Assembly: GCA_039621445.1 (NCBI GenBank)
Contig: CP154954.1
Coordinates: forward strand, 1,922,001 to 1,986,000
Direction: 5' to 3'
DNA length: 64,000 nt
From: Euglena gracilis
Taxonomy: Eukaryota
Under the pieces are notes generated by a model, which did no database searches, was not told the origin of the DNA, and saw only the letters and a program-made list of their open reading frames with translations. Positions 40,383 through 55,074 of the stretch are shown here, in pieces; within the stretch, counting starts at the first letter, position 1, and the number at the start of each line of letters is the position of its first letter. The translations under genes were made by a program, and so were the position numbers.

Positions 40383-41806
40383 TTAAGAAAGTTTTTTGAA
40401 TTTTTTATACTTATCAAATTTTTGTCTTACTTTGTTGTTAACGCCCCGATTTATGGAATTACAAAGAACACTCAAAATTAAAGAAACAGAAAGAATAGAA
40501 TCATCATTTGAAGGAATAGGATATTTAGTAAGTGTGGGGTCACAATTGGTATCTAAATAAAATACGCATTTAATTTAAAAATTAATACGCTTCATCAAAC
40601 TGAACAAGAAAACGATTTAAAGTTTCATACAGCTTTGAATAATTATTTATTTAAAGTTATTAAAACTTGTTACAAAAAAACAAAACTTTTTCATTATTTA
40701 ATTTTTAAAAATTATTCATAAACCTCAAAGGTAGTTTATTGTTATATTAAAAACTATATTACTAAATAACAAAATAAAATATCGAGAAATAATTTGTTAC
40801 TATATTCATTCAAATTTAATTGTAATTATTTAATAATTAATTCTAATAATTATTTTTAAAGAATTTTCATTTTATAAATTTTTTATTCTTTAATAAAAAA
40901 AATTCTACTATGGAAAAAAGAGATACTTAAAACATGAATAACGCACTATAGTTATACTAGCAATACCTAACTTTTTACATTCACGTACAGCATTTATCTC
41001 CTTGTTTTGTCCTATTATAATAACAATTTCAGGACGTTCAGTCATATCTCTCATACCGGAAAAATATTTTTTAAGCTAATTAAATAGAATATTCTTTCGA
41101 TTAATTATCTAGTTTGAAAATAAATATATTTATAAAAATTTTAAAATTTAGTTAAAAAATAAAAATTGAGTCACATTTAATTTTTTTTTTTTAGTACTAA
41201 ACGTTCTTTTTTTGTTAATAAGTTGTGATGCTTTTCTTTTTGTTTTGATTTTAGCATAAAATTTTATTGCAACAAAAATAAAATAATCCCAAAATTATTC
41301 TTAATTTTATAATTAAATGTAATTTAGTTATAAATAAAATTTATAATTTTTATTATCAAAAAATTGCTTTAATTTATTTATGCAATTTTTAATTGTTATC
41401 CAATTTGTCAATATACCGCCCAACCAACGTTTTGTTACAAAAAAAGAATTACATTTTAAAGCGATTTTTTGTGTTAAAATAGAAAAAAAGCGTTTTGTAC
41501 AAACAAAAAGAGCCATTAAGATTAAAAATTTTTCTAATAAATATTCATAAAAAATTTATAAAGCTTTTTAAAAAATGCTAAAATCTAACAGATTGGTTTT
41601 CATAAAAAGTCACAACTTTTACCTTTACGTACAGAACGTATAAGGAAATTGCAAGCTTTTTTTAAACAAACTATAGTCTGTAACAAATCGATAATATGAA
41701 GACCTTTGCGTTCTCCATAAATATAAATTCTCATTCTTGGATTCCATTGTTTAACCTTATGACCAAGATGAACACTAGAATTAAGCATTTTTTCTACAGT
41801 AATCAT
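40383..41806 (-). CDS. rps2: 30S ribosomal protein S2, copy 3
   Basis: Mirror of 34856-36280. Confidence 0.94.
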
Positions 41807-41976
41807 ATTTAATTAAATTTAAAAAACGAGTAGCGTAACATACATATAAAGAAAATAATAGTTATAAAAGATATATAAAAATATTTCATAAAAAAAAATT
41901 TTCTTTATTATTTTAAGAAGTAAATACCGGAATCATCTATGTATTTTTTGTTTTATTGTTTCTTCAATTCTCTTAA

Positions 41977-42048
41977 AGACGACACCCAGAATCGAACTGG
42001 GGAATAAAAGATTTGCAATCTTCTGCCTTACCGCTTGGCCATGCCGCC
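41977..42048 (-). tRNA. trnC: tRNA-Cys(GCA), copy 3
   Basis: Mirror of 34614-34685. Confidence 0.95.
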
Positions 42049-42049
42049 A

Positions 42050-42122
42050 TGCTAGGAACCAGATTTGAACTGGTGACACAAGGATTTTCAGTCCTCCGCT
42101 CTACCAACTGAGCTATCCCAGC
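42050..42122 (-). tRNA. trnF: tRNA-Phe(GAA), copy 3
   Basis: Mirror of 34540-34612. Confidence 0.96.
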
Positions 42123-42174
42123 TATTATTATTATAAATTAATTTATACTTATATTATTATAAGTAAATTTAAGT

Positions 42175-42583
42175 TTACCAACTCGCTTTGGTTACACCTG
42201 GAAGTAAACCATAATGAGCCATATCTCGAAGAATATGTCGTGATAATCCAAAAGTCCTAAAATATCCACGTGATCTCCCTGTTACGTAACAACGATTTCG
42301 AAAGAGTTAACAAATAAAAATACTCAAAAAAATAAATATAAAAATTTTATAAATTTTTCAAATTATTAACAGCTATAAAATTTGAATGACAAATAGAAAA
42401 TCAAATTAATCGGCAACGCAAACTATTTCTAGGTAATTTTTGCAAAAAAGAGTAAATCCGCAATTTTTTCTCAAAAGATTTTTCGTCTTTTCCATTTGTC
42501 CTGTATACATAACGGTTATGGGAATGTATTAATACTAATATTATTCGTTTTCTCTGTCTTGCTATAAGACTTTTTTTTGACAT
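42175..42583 (-). CDS. rps14: 30S ribosomal protein S14, copy 3
   Basis: Mirror of 34079-34487. Confidence 0.94.
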
Positions 42584-42622
42584 AAATAAAAAATTTTTAG
42601 GTTAAATAATGCTCGAATAAGA

Positions 42623-42706
42623 TGCATTCAGCTGGATTCGAACCAGCGACGTCCTTCCGGAGCGAGATTATGAGTCCCGTGCTATCGTCCACTCTGCCAT
42701 AAATGC
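42623..42706 (-). tRNA. trnI: trnI(CAU), copy 3
   Basis: Mirror of 33956-34039. Confidence 0.85.
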
Positions 42707-42734
42707 GCCTACAAATTATAGACGCAAAACAAGT

Positions 42735-42848
42735 TTAACCCTGTCGTTGTTTATGCTTGTTATTTATACAAACAACTAAAAGATTGTTTTTGCGACGAAT
42801 CAAATAACATTTATTACAAATTTTTTTAACAGAAGAACGTATTTTCAT
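42735..42848 (-). CDS. rpl36: 50S ribosomal protein L36, copy 3
   Basis: Mirror of 33814-33927. Confidence 0.96.
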   Translation of the reverse strand: MKIRSSVKKICNKCYLIRRKNNLLVVCINNKHKQRQG

Positions 42849-42931
42849 AAAAATTAAGTCTAATTAAACAAAAATTATCAAACAACTTTTTAATAAAAAA
42901 TAATAAAACAAAAGAGGTAATTTTAGTTTAT

Positions 42932-44053
42932 TTACCAAATATAAAACAGAATCTCCCCACCAATTTTATTAGATCTAGCCAATCGATCAGTCATTAATCC
43001 TTTAGAAGTAGACATGCAAAATTAAATTTTAAAATTTCTTTAAGAACAATACAAGTTAATAATCAACATAAGGCTCAAATAAAAATAATAATAATAATAC
43101 AAAAAATTACGTTAAAAAATATTTCAAAATAATTCACGAATAATAAGAATTAAATTTTATGTTTTTCACAAAAACATGCATTAGAATACAAAAATAGAAA
43201 TTCTTGCTAAATTATAATAAAGGAAATCATTATAAAAAATTTATTATTGCTTATAATTTTTATCTTATGAAACTCAAAAAACATATCGCACAAACAGTTA
43301 AACCAACGCCACCTGCTACTGATTGTAGTCTTTTATAACTACTATAAGTACGCAAACCAGGTTTGCTTACACGTTTTATTTTAGTTATATAAGAAACTTG
43401 TTTTGGACCTTTATATTTTAAAAAGATTGTAATATATTTTTTTATAACACCGTTTTCAGTTAAACACGTAGCGTCAGCCAATTCAAAAGAGTCAATAAAT
43501 CCTTCTTTTTTTAAAATTTCGGCTATATTTACCGTAAGTTTTGTATTAATAACATTAACTTTTCTAGCTTTTATTAAAAGAGAGTTTCTTATTCTTGTAA
43601 GCATATCGTATAAGGCTAAATAAAACCTAACAAAAGAATAAAAATATGTATATATATTAATAAAAATCAAAAATTAATTATACTTCTATAAAAAAAATCA
43701 CACCTAATTACATTAAATTAAATTATAAATTTTTAAAACAATTTATTAACAAACTCTACAGGAAACCATTAATCATAAAGTTTTGAAAAATAAAATTTAA
43801 ATATTTCAAGATTTACTAATATTTAACTAATTTAATTATGTAATATTAATATAGTAATAAAAATAAGTGATCTCCCAACTAATGAATAAATTTTACAAAA
43901 CAATAATAAACGGTTTGTTAAAGAAAAATACTACTATCAAAATATTTAATAATGCTCTTATTTACCGAATTTCAACATATATATAGATAATAAATATAAA
44001 AAATTATTAATAATATATTATTACACTTAAACTCGCAAATCAATATTTGTCAT
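42932..44053 (-). CDS. rps8: 30S ribosomal protein S8, copy 3
   Basis: Mirror of 32609-33730. Confidence 0.94.
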
Positions 44054-44137
44054 AAAATTCTAAAAATAAAACAATAAAATTACTATTAATAAAAAATAGA
44101 TTTTGTACATCTTAACACGTAAAAAAAAGTATAAAAA

Positions 44138-44677
44138 TTAATCTCGGAACGGGATACCTAATTCTTTTAAAAGAAAGAAAGCTTCTTGATTCGTTTCAGC
44201 AGTTGTAACGATTGTTATATTCAAACCTTGTACTTTAATCATTTTATCAAAGTTAATTTCAGGGAACATTGATTGTTCACTTAACCCAAAACTAAAGTTA
44301 CCTGATCCATCAAAACAATTCTTGTTTATTCCTTGAAAATCTCTAATTCTAGGTAAAGATAGATTAATTAACCGGTCTAAAAAACTGTACATCTTTTCAC
44401 TACGCAAAGTCAAAAACATACCAACAGGCATCTTTTCTTTAAGTTTAAAGTTAGCAATAGCTTTTTTCGCCTTACTTATAATAGGCTTTTGACCAGAAAT
44501 AATTTCTAATTCATTTAATAAAACTTCCAAAATTTTTGAATTTTGACAAGATTCATCAAATCCTCGATTTATAACAATCTTTTTTAATTTAGGAACCCTA
44601 TAAGAATTAACATAACCAAATTCTTCTTTAAGTTTGGGAATGATAGTTTCTAAATAAAACGATTTTAATCTTTGCAT
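44138..44677 (-). CDS. rpl5: 50S ribosomal protein L5, second full copy
   Basis: Identical 179-aa ORF. Confidence 0.97.
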   Translation of the reverse strand: MQRLKSFYLETIIPKLKEEFGYVNSYRVPKLKKIVINRGFDESCQNSKILEVLLNELEIISGQKPIISKAKKAIANFKLKEKMPVGMFLTLRSEKMYSFLDRLINLSLPRIRDFQGINKNCFDGSGNFSFGLSEQSMFPEINFDKMIKVQGLNITIVTTAETNQEAFFLLKELGIPFRD

Positions 44678-44740
44678 TTTTTTATAAAATCCTTTTTAAA
44701 TATTACTACTACACTAAATTTTAATAAAAATATTTTGGAA

Positions 44741-45334
44741 CTATAAATAGGAATGATAAAAGTAAAATTTATAATAAAAAAACACACATACAAAAAATTA
44801 AGAAAATATAGATATACGCTAAAAATGAAAAACAACTTATTATGAGAAGTCTTTATTGTATCACACAACCTCTGGCGCTAAGGACATTATTTTTACGAAT
44901 TCCTTTTCTCGCAATTCGCGAGCAATGGGGCCGAAAATTCTTGTACCTTTAGGTGAACGATCATTATTAATTATGACAGCAGCATTTTCGTCAAAACGAA
45001 TTGCCATTCCACTTTCTCTACGTACTCCTTTAACAGTTCTAACAATAACAGCTTTAACAATATCTGATTTTTTAACAACCATGTTAGGAATAGCTTCTTT
45101 AAAATAGATAAAATCTTTATAAATTTATAAACAATATCAATATAAAAGAATAATAAAATAATAAAAACATAAAAAGATATATAAATTATTAACTCTAATA
45201 CACAATTTTACAACCGCTATTATTATATCACCAATATTCGCATACTGACAATTTGGTCCTAATATACGAATACACATAATTTTTTGTGCTCCAGTATTAT
45301 CCGCAATTTTCAAATATGTTTGTGGTTTAATCAT
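44741..45334 (-). CDS. rpl14: 50S ribosomal protein L14, second copy
   Basis: Mirror of 31328-31921. Confidence 0.94.
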
Positions 45335-45429
45335 CTAAACTAAAAAATAAATTATAAAGAACGAAGAACTACCAAAATAAGAATTTTACCAAAAATATTA
45401 TTAACAAAAACAATTAGCATTAAACAGTT

Positions 45430-46492
45430 TTAAATTTTAACAATAACACGAGTTTTAATAGGCATTTTATATCCTGCTATTTTTAAAGAATACTTTGCAA
45501 TGGATTCTGAAATACCCAATACTTCGTAAAGAATTTTTCCAGGTTTTACAATTGCAACCCAATATTCTACATTTCCTTTCCCTGAACCCATGCGAGTTTC
45601 GGCTGCTCGAAATGTTACAGGCTTATCGGGAAAAATTCTTATCCAAAGTTTGCCCCCACGTTTTGCATATCTTGTAATAACTCTACGAATTAAATAAAAA
45701 AATTTTTTTTTAGAAAAGAAAACAGTAAAAATTTATTTAAAATAAAACAATTAAGAAAAATCATCTTATAAGTAAATAAGTTAAAAAACCTTTTTTATCG
45801 AAAACCAAAAAAGTTTATAAACAATAAAAATTTATTAAATAACTTTGAAAGCAAAAAATCTATATAAATTTATTAGAAATCACAAAAAACCACAAAGCAG
45901 CTTCAATTTGACGTGAAGTTATCCAACCAGGCTCTAATGATTGTAAAACAAGTACAATATGCCTTAAAAAATCCAAACAAGCAAAATGTAATGCATTTGG
46001 CTTTTAATTAATAAATTTAAAAAAAGTAAAATAAGTACAAAATCAAATTGTATATCATAATATAAAATAAAAAATTTTAATAATAATCTACTTAATTTTA
46101 GTAAAGATTAAATGTATTTTTTATTATTTTAATTTTTATTAGCTCAAAAAAATATTTAATACTTAAAATTTAAAATTATTAAACATTTATTACGTTAAGA
46201 ATAAAATGCTATTAAAGATATTTAATTACAATAATTTAAAACTTAAACAAAAAATAATTAAATTTACTCATAATTAATTTTTTAAATTATTTAGATCGCA
46301 CAAGCATAATTACCAAAAACAACTTTATCAATTAAATAAAAAATTTCACTTAAATCAAATCGAATAAAATAACTATCGTGGTAAAACGCAATAAAAATTT
46401 TATTTTTTACATAAAAAAAGTCTCATATAGATTTTACCTGTTAATCTACCTCTATGATATTTACGAAACTTCGTTCGCTTAGGACTTAACAT
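45430..46492 (-). CDS. rpl16: 50S ribosomal protein L16, second copy
   Basis: Mirror of 30170-31232. Confidence 0.95.
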
Positions 46493-46548
46493 ATAAGACT
46501 ATAAAAACAACGAAAATAAAAGATAATAAATTTCTAAATTAGGTAAAT

Positions 46549-49265
46549 TCATTGCAACTGATTAAAATTATTACAATAAAAATGAATTAAAATCAAATTT
46601 TCAAAGAAACTAAAGTTCCACTTTTTTATGTTCAAAATTACAAAACGATTCGAATAAATCGATTTTTTACAAAAGAAACATAGTCCCCTCTGATTATTAT
46701 ATAAGACAATAAAATTATTTGAAAATTTATATTTGAACTTTTCAAATATCATACGTTCTAATTTTCCTTTATTATATAAGTTGAATATATTTAAAGTATT
46801 AGATATTTTAAATTTCATATTTCTATAACTATAAAAATATTTCGAAGAATACAAATGAGACTTTAAAAATAAAAAATTTCCTGTTTTTATATCAGTAATG
46901 AAAAATCTCCAAATTCCTGAAAAAAATTTCCAATATTTAGAGTAAATCCAAGTTCTAGTTTTTCTAGAATGAAGTTTTTTTATATATCTCCACAATAATC
47001 GGTAAAGATAAAGATCTAATTCTAAAAATAGAAAATTGTTATTAAAACAAAAAAAACCTCTGTTTAAACAATCTAAAATTTTTTTATTCAATAAATTTAC
47101 TAAAAAAAATACACTTTTTTTTAAAAACATTTTTACAATCATTTTTAAACTTAGTTTATAAAATTGTATATGTTTTTTATTAATATGCAATAAAATATTT
47201 GAACCAAATCTTAAAAAATCGAAAATAAAAAAATTAAATACAAACGTCTCAAATCTATAAAAAGAATTAATATTAATATTCAAAATAATCCCTCGAAGAC
47301 TAAAAAAAGATATAATAATTTTTTTACAAATAAAAAAATCATAAGGAAACTTAAAAAAAAAATAAAATTTATCTATATAAAACAAATAATAAACTTTATA
47401 ACTAATAAAAAAATTTTTAAATAGACTTTTAACAAGTTTTTTAACAAACCTAATCATACAAATCAAATTGTAATAGGCTTTTTATCTGAAACAATAAGTT
47501 CAAGATATAAAAATTTCATTTTTAGAAACATAATTTCAAATGGAAAAATTACAATAAAAATTGCGTAGAATAATCCTAAACGTCTAATTTTGATTAAATC
47601 AATAGAATTAACTTTTATTGTTTTTTTAGTTAAAATTTTTAATAGAACTTATTTTTAAATGAATAAATTTTAAACTTTTAAATTCAGATTTTTCAATTAA
47701 ACTCAGAACAAAAATTTCTGAAAATTTTTCCAAATTATTTCTTATGTAATTTTTATTTTGAATAATTGAAAATAATTTATAAAAAAGAACCTATGAAAGA
47801 AACGAAAATATTAAGTTTTTAAATAAAACTTTTAAAAAGCAAACAATACGCACTTCTTGAAAAAAAAATTAAAAAACTAAATATAAATATATTTGTATAT
47901 AAACCATGCGTAAAAATTACATAGCTTTAAAAAAAAGCTACAAAATCAATTTTAGAATACAGCATTATAGTTCACTACAAAAACGAAAAAAGGTGATTAC
48001 GTAATTACTTATTAACAAAAATATTCTTTTTTTATTATACAAATCTTGAAGAAATTGATAATTCATTAAAAAATTAATGATTTAATAATACAAAAATTTA
48101 ATACCTGCAAAAAAAATTCTATTTCTAATGAATAACTTTATTAAAAATACAAGTTTAAGAATTCTCAAAAAACACATTAAATAGTAATTCGCAACAATCC
48201 ATTAAATATAAAATTAAAAATTATTAAAAAAAGTGACTTAAAAAAAACCAAATTTTTACGGTCTAAAAAATTTTTTAAAAAATTTACATCCAAAGGAAAA
48301 TTTTTATAAATCCAAGAAAAACGAGCAAAATATAAAAACTTAAAATTTTCGACCTTAAAATAATAAGAGTACTTAAAAACATCTATTAAAATTTGTTCAA
48401 AATCAAAAAAGTTGCCTTCAACAAAAAAATAATAATCTTTTATAAAACAAGGATTAATATCATTAATATAAGGTAAAAGAGTACTTGTTAACAAAAGACT
48501 AAAAGATAATTTATATAGAAGAAAAAAATCATAAGAATAAAACAAAAACGCGTTTTTAATGTTATAAAAAAAACCATGGAGAAATAAATTTCTTTTCGAA
48601 GATAAAAGTGATACTAGAAAAAATTTATCCTTAGAAGAATAAAAATACGATTGTAAAGAAGGAAATTTTTCAAAGCAATTACGAACAGAAAAAATATGAG
48701 CATAAAAACTTTTAAAAAAACGCCGTTGTTTGTTTTTAACCAAAAATATATCTGATTTTTTAGATGCTAAATAAATTTTATGTTGTGTTAAGGAAACAGT
48801 ATTATCAAAAAAAGTGCTGTTTTAAAACCTCATAAAAATAATCAAATAAGTATAAATAATAAAAATAAAATAAAATTTTTACAAAAAATGATGCAAATTC
48901 GTAAACTAATGAACTAAAACTTTTAATTAAAAATTTGTTCACAAACTGTAAAAAATATTTTCATATAGTACAGCTTTTCAATAAATGAATATAAAATATA
49001 CATGTTTCGTTCAGGTATTACTAATAATACTAATAATGCATGCTTTTATTAGAATATAAATGATTTATTAATAACAATTTCAGTTAATACTGTATATTAT
49101 TGTTATTTTAACAAGTAAAAATAAATAAAAATTCCAAAATTTAGAAAAAAGTTAAATTTTATAAAATTAAATTTGATCTTTAAAATATTGAAGGATTATA
49201 AAGAAGGAATTTTTCATAAAAAATATTTTAAAATAATACAAAATTAATGACGCAAAAAATTCCAT
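46549..49265 (-). CDS. roaA: RoaA maturase-like protein, second copy
   Basis: Mirror of 27395-30113; KFSNNF here versus KFSPNF in the + copy. Confidence 0.83.
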
Positions 49266-49373
49266 TTAATAAAGTTCCAATTAAATCTATAAAAAAAAAA
49301 AAACAAAATGTTTTACAATATAGCGAAAAATAAAAATAATATAAATATCAATAAAAAAAAAAATTAAAAGACG

Positions 49374-50541
49374 CTAAACTTTATATACCCAAACCTTTAT
49401 CCCTAAAACTCCATAAATCGTATTATAAAATTAATAAAATTTATTTAAAATAAAACAAAAAATAAAAATAAAGAAAAATTTATAAAATTATACTAAATTT
49501 TATAAAAATAAAAGAAATATCTTATGAGCTATATCATTAAAATAATCTATATCTGCCCTCAAAGTATGAAGAGGAACTCTTCCTTCCCTAAACCATTCCG
49601 TCCTAGCAATTTCTATACCATTTAAACGTCCAGAAACTTGAACCTTTATACCCTCTGCTCCTGCCTTCATTGCTTGCAACATTACAGTTTTCATAGCCCT
49701 TATAAAAGGTGTTCGTTTTTCTAATTCTCGACGAACTGAGTCGGCAAGAAGTCTGGCATCTAAATTAGGAGAGGTCACTCCTACAACCTTACAAGTAATA
49801 ATACGAGGAGTCTTACCCAACAGATAATTCATCCTATCAATCAATATATCCCTAATACGAGATAATCCCTGGCCATCTCTTCCTATTACACGTTCTGGTC
49901 TGGCAACATGAATATAGACTATTGTGTTATTTCTTTGTTCACTAAATTCATATATTCTTTCTATCTTTATCAACGAAATTAAAGTCTCTAAAAGCTCTTT
50001 ATTCATAAAATTACGGATAACGATGTCTTCTTTTACAAAACTAGCGTAATGCCTCCTTTCCACATACCAAAATGAACTATGCGACTAAGAAAATAGAAAA
50101 CTCTTTTTAAAGTTAAAAATAAAATACTTTCAAAACAAAACAAGCTTATTAAAAGCATATAGCTAAAATAAAAACTCGGGTATAAAATCTCTAATTCTAA
50201 TAAAATATAAATCAAATTATCCTCAAAATAAGAATAAAAACTTTTTCTACAAAAAAAATAAATAAGGAAAAATAAACATTAAAAACAACACTTAATAGAA
50301 AAATATAAAAAATCGACCTCAAAATAATATTTAACGAATTGAAGCTATCTTATAAATTTTAAAGTAAATAAGACCAAAAAATTATAAAAATTAACTTTAG
50401 AACTTTAGTATCGCACTATAAATATTTTAGATAAAACACAAGTTAATAATAGAATAAAATATTTATTACGAAATAAATAATATTTTGTATCTCAATAGTA
50501 ATACCTAGCCTAAACCCTAAAGGGTGAACTTTTTGACCCAT
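49374..50541 (-). CDS. rps3: 30S ribosomal protein S3, second copy
   Basis: Mirror of 26117-27286. Confidence 0.96.
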
Positions 50542-50815
50542 AAAAAAAAAAACAACTAATGCTAAAATCTTAATTGAAAATAATATAAAAATAAACTACG
50601 AACAACAAATAAATACCAGGTAAATTTAAAAACGATTATTGTTTTGATTATTTATTAATAGAGATTTAATCTTTTTTCTATAAATTTAATCTTTCAAATT
50701 TTTTCAAAACAAAATGACCAGTTAATGTAAAAAATAAGTTTTTTCTGATTAATGAGGTTCCAACACTTAATAAAATAAATTACAAAAACAAAATGCAATA
50801 AGTTAACAAAAATTT

Positions 50816-51507
50816 TTATAAAATGGATAATTTTAATTGAATAGAAATTATAATCCTTCTAAAATCTGTACAAGCGTTTACAACATACAGCTTCATTAAT
50901 ACAAATATAACAAAAACATAAAACTATAAAAATTTTTGATAGTATTTCCAATCGCTTTTTAAACAAAAAAATGAATAAAATAAATCTGTTTTGAAATGAA
51001 AAATAAATTAAAATTTTTAAACCATAAACCAAATTCAACAAATAATAAAAACAAATAAACTTAAAATTCATCAAAAATAAAAAGTTATTTATCTTTTATT
51101 TAGAAAAACAAACTCACTAAAACAACAATTAGAGTTGCAAAAGAAAACTACGAAATAATTCAAATTCAGACAATAATAGTTATATGACATGTTCGTTTTT
51201 TAATAGGAAAACCCCTACCTTGTGCATGTGGACATAAACGTTTCAAGATAGGTCCAGCATCTGCTCTAGCTTCGAGAACACGCAAAACATTTGCATCTTC
51301 ATCGTAATTTTTTATTGAATTAGAAACGGCGCTTTTAAGAAGCTTAAAAATAAGAGTACTAGGTTTATAAGGCATAAATTTTAAAATCATTAAAGCCTCT
51401 TTTGCAGAACGACCTTTAATTTGATTTAAAATTCTCCTAACTTTAAAAGGAGAAATTCTAACGTACTTTATTGAAGCTGAAGATTCTAAAGGTTTTTTTT
51501 GTTCCAT
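50816..51507 (-). CDS. rpl22: 50S ribosomal protein L22, second copy
   Basis: Mirror of 25145-25842. Confidence 0.92.
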
Positions 51508-51617
51508 CAGTAAAAAATAACATAAAATTATATAAAAACTGTATAAAAAGTATCCATACTAATATTTAAAAAGTTCTTAATACATGCAAAAATTACATAA
51601 CATATAAAATAATTCTA

Positions 51618-52102
51618 CTATCTCTTAGTCTTAGTTTTTTTATCATGCTTTTTATGACCACGATAATTTCTAGTTTGCACAAATTCACCTAATTTTATAA
51701 GGTTTAATAAATCCATTTTATTAATAAAAAACCCACAATAATATAAGAAAATAAACTTTAAATTTTTTATTACAAAAATTATAAAATCAAAAGTGACCTA
51801 TCATTTGATCGGAAACTAAAACGGGTATATGCTCCTTTCCATTATAAACGCCTATTGTATTTCCAATCATAATTGGAATAATAGTACAGGAACGGGACCA
51901 AGTTAATATTACAGATTTAAAAAAGATCTAAAGTTTTCATTTAAAAACAAAAAAATAAATAAATTAGTATTATATATGATTCTAAAATAAAAATTAATTA
52001 AAAACATAAGGTCAAATCTCAAAAACGATTCGAATTCATTTGGTCAACTTTTTTTATTAATGAATAAAAAACAAAAGGACCTTTTTTTAAAGAACGAGAC
52101 AT
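51618..52102 (-). CDS. rps19: 30S ribosomal protein S19, second copy
   Basis: Mirror of 24550-25034. Confidence 0.94.
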
Positions 52103-52161
52103 AAATAAAAAATAAACAAAATAAAAAATAAACAAAATAATAACAAGGAAAATAGTAGATA

Positions 52162-52995
52162 TTAAACCATTTTTCTAGAGCGAATTATATATTTATTACT
52201 AAATCGTTTAGGTGATCTTGTCTTTTTACCTAATGCTGGTTTACCCCAAGGCGTAACAGGCTTTGGTCTACCTATAGGACTTCTGCCTTCGCCTCCTCCA
52301 TGAGGGTGATCGCAAGGATTCATAGCTACACCACGAACTGTTGGTTTGTTTCCTAACCAGCGATTTCTTCCAGCTTTTCCTAAAACGACATTAGAATGAT
52401 CAAGATTTCCAACTTGACCAATAGTAGCCCAACAATAACGTCGTAATAAACGAACTTCTCCCGAAGGCATTGTTATAGTAACAAATTTTCCTTCATTGGC
52501 CAATATTTGTACAAAAGTTCCAGCAGCCCTTGCAATTTGACCACCTTTTCCAGGCTCAAACTCTACGTTATGAATAATAGTACCTAATGGTATTTTGCTT
52601 ATGGGTAAAGAATTTCCTATTTTAATAGGAGAAAAAAAATCAGAAATAATATTATTACCAACGCACAAATCTTTTGGATGAATAATATAAGACTTATCAC
52701 CATTTTTATAATAAATTAAAGCAATTCGAGCATTCCTATTAGGATCGTATTCAATAGAAATAACTTTTCCTAAAATACCTAGCTTATTACGTTTAAACTC
52801 TATTCTGCGATACAAGCGTTTGTGACCACCACCTAAAGTTCGGCAAGTAATCACACCACGGGAATTCCGTCCTTTTGACCTATGAACAAAAAATGTTAAA
52901 TATTTTTCAGGATTAGATTTTGTAATTTCTGAAAAATTACTAACAGAACGTTTACGAGTCCCTGATGTATATGGTTTGTAATAACGAATAATCAT
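52162..52995 (-). CDS. rpl2: 50S ribosomal protein L2, second copy
   Basis: Identical 277-aa ORF. Confidence 0.98.
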   Translation of the reverse strand: MIIRYYKPYTSGTRKRSVSNFSEITKSNPEKYLTFFVHRSKGRNSRGVITCRTLGGGHKRLYRRIEFKRNKLGILGKVISIEYDPNRNARIALIYYKNGDKSYIIHPKDLCVGNNIISDFFSPIKIGNSLPISKIPLGTIIHNVEFEPGKGGQIARAAGTFVQILANEGKFVTITMPSGEVRLLRRYCWATIGQVGNLDHSNVVLGKAGRNRWLGNKPTVRGVAMNPCDHPHGGGEGRSPIGRPKPVTPWGKPALGKKTRSPKRFSNKYIIRSRKMV

Positions 52996-53149
52996 ATTAA
53001 AAAATTAGTAAACTATTAAAGTATATACTAAATACATCGAAAAAATTAGAATTAAAAAATTTTAGGTTAAAAATAAAAAACTAAATTATTTTTAAACAAA
53101 TAAAGTAAAACTCACCTATAAATGCCACTACTAAAACAATAAAAATTAA

Positions 53150-53760
53150 CTAGAGACAAGAAAAAAAAGGAATTGTTTCTAAGTCATTATATAAATTGAT
53201 TAAAATCCTTAAAAGAAATTAAACAAAAAAGAATTAATTGAAAACAAAAGTTATATTTATTTCCCAATATAATATAATAATATAATCTCACTAATTTAAT
53301 AAACATTCTTTTATAATATTTTTTCATACCCTCAAAATTATTTGAACGATAATATTTACTAGATTTTACATAGCTATTAACTGAAGTAATTTTAACACTA
53401 AAAGCAGTTTCAATAAGATCTTTAAATTGCCTTTTACTTATGAAGTTATAAAATACTAAAAAAATAAAAGTAATTAATTAAAATTTTTATAATATAAAAC
53501 TACAAACTAAAAATACAGCTACTATAAACATTCAAAACATTTGTATATCAACATCAAAAGTATAAACATTATTTTTTAAAAGTTTATTAGTCTTATCGGT
53601 CAAAATTTGAGATTTAAAAAAAAATCAAAAGTATTTATAAATATTCAAAAAAAAATTAACATTAAAAAAAAAAATAAATAAATATATTATAAAAAAAAAA
53701 TATAAGAACACACCCATACTTAAACTGATCATAAAATTTTCTAGAAATAAAATAAAACAT
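53150..53760 (-). CDS. rpl23: 50S ribosomal protein L23, intact copy, three group III-type introns
   Basis: MFYFISRKFYDQFKY / ILTDKT...YTFDVDIQM / SKRQFKDLIETAFSVKITSVN...YKRMFIKL / NDLETIPFFSCL*. Confidence 0.9.
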
Positions 53761-53909
53761 ATAAAGTAAACAAAATACTAACAAAAAAAAAAACAAGGAA
53801 ATAATAACCTTTTTTAAATTATAAAAATTTAGAAAAATTTATTCGATAATATATTAATTACCGAATAAACTAAAATATATATTAAGAATATAAAAGTATT
53901 ATAAAAAAC

Positions 53910-54038
53910 TTATAAAGAAGAACCTAAACCCGAATAAGAGCCATAAAAAAAAAGAGCAAGAAGTGCAATCGCTGCTAAACCGATTATTGTAAGAACTAAC
54001 CAAAGTGGAATTCTACCTGTATTTTCTGAATTAGACAT
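53910..54038 (-). CDS. psbJ: Photosystem II protein J
   Basis: [15 protein letters not shown]...[13 protein letters not shown]. Confidence 0.96.
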   Translation of the reverse strand: MSNSENTGRIPLWLVLTIIGLAAIALLALFFYGSYSGLGSSL

Positions 54039-54126
54039 AAATATTTCTCCCAAAATAATAAAAAAATGTTAAAAAAAAATACTACAAAAATATTTGCTTC
54101 AAGAAGCAGACTTTAATTAATAATAA

Positions 54127-54243
54127 CTAATTAAAGATATAACTAGAAAATAGAACAGCCAAAACAAAAATTAATAATAGTCCCCAGTATAAACTTGTCC
54201 TATTTAATTCGACTGTTTTTTTATTTGAATTTGTTTGTGCCAT
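54127..54243 (-). CDS. psbL: Photosystem II protein L
   Basis: [28 protein letters not shown]. Confidence 0.96.
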   Translation of the reverse strand: MAQTNSNKKTVELNRTSLYWGLLLIFVLAVLFSSYIFN

Positions 54244-54350
54244 AATAAATAATTTATAATAAAAAAATATGTTAAACCTTAGATTAAAAAATATAAAAAA
54301 GTATAACTTTAAACAAAACTTTACACTTTATTTTAACAAAATTTTAAAGG

Positions 54351-54410
54351 TTAACGTTGAATAAATTGCATTGCAGAAATAGATCTTTAAAAAAATCTGT
54401 AGGCTACGGC
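54351..54410 (-). pseudogene. psbF: Cytochrome b559 beta, 3' fragment at the plastid/non-plastid junction
   Basis: SISAMQFIQR* is intact; the preceding ~25 nt are a degraded AVPTxFFLG, after which homology ends. Confidence 0.88.
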
Positions 54411-55074
54411 GGCCAGCCTCAGGTTACGCCTTTGTCTGATATTCAAGATGAGAATATAAAAAATATCTCATACCTTCAGGAAAAAAAACTGAGCCTCGGA
54501 AAACAAAAGAAAACAAATGTCTGACATTCCAGATGCGCCCGATTTTTTAATCTGAAAAAGCTGATTAAATCAGCGGTGGTTTTTTTTGTCACCGTTCACC
54601 CTTTCTCCCTGTCCTTGACTTTTCCTGCCCCCCCCCCTGCTGATTGCAAAAAAAGGCCAAGTCCAGAAAAGCGACAAAGCAAAATGCGTGTGATGTGCGT
54701 CATCCACCTCAATCAAAGTAAATCGAAGCATTGGCATGACCTGTGAGGAGCAAACAAAAAATGCAGAACGCAGCATCAAAACAGCATCCAAAAAAAGGAA
54801 AACAAAGATGAAACTGCTTCTTTTCTTTAAAAAAAAGAAGTTTACAAATGGTGGAGTCACGGGACACGGGACAAAATCGAAAAAAAGTCTGCCCCGTAAT
54901 TCTGAAAAAAGCCCAGGTCCAAAAAATACCCCCCAGGGTTGGATGGGAAGCCTTGGGGGGTCGAACCCCCCCCCCGAAACGGAGGGGGGGGTGGGTCGGA
55001 CCCCCCCCTCCTACCTCGAAACTGAGTGGGGGCCGATTTTTCGATTTCATGGACGGGCAAAGGGCCAGAAAATG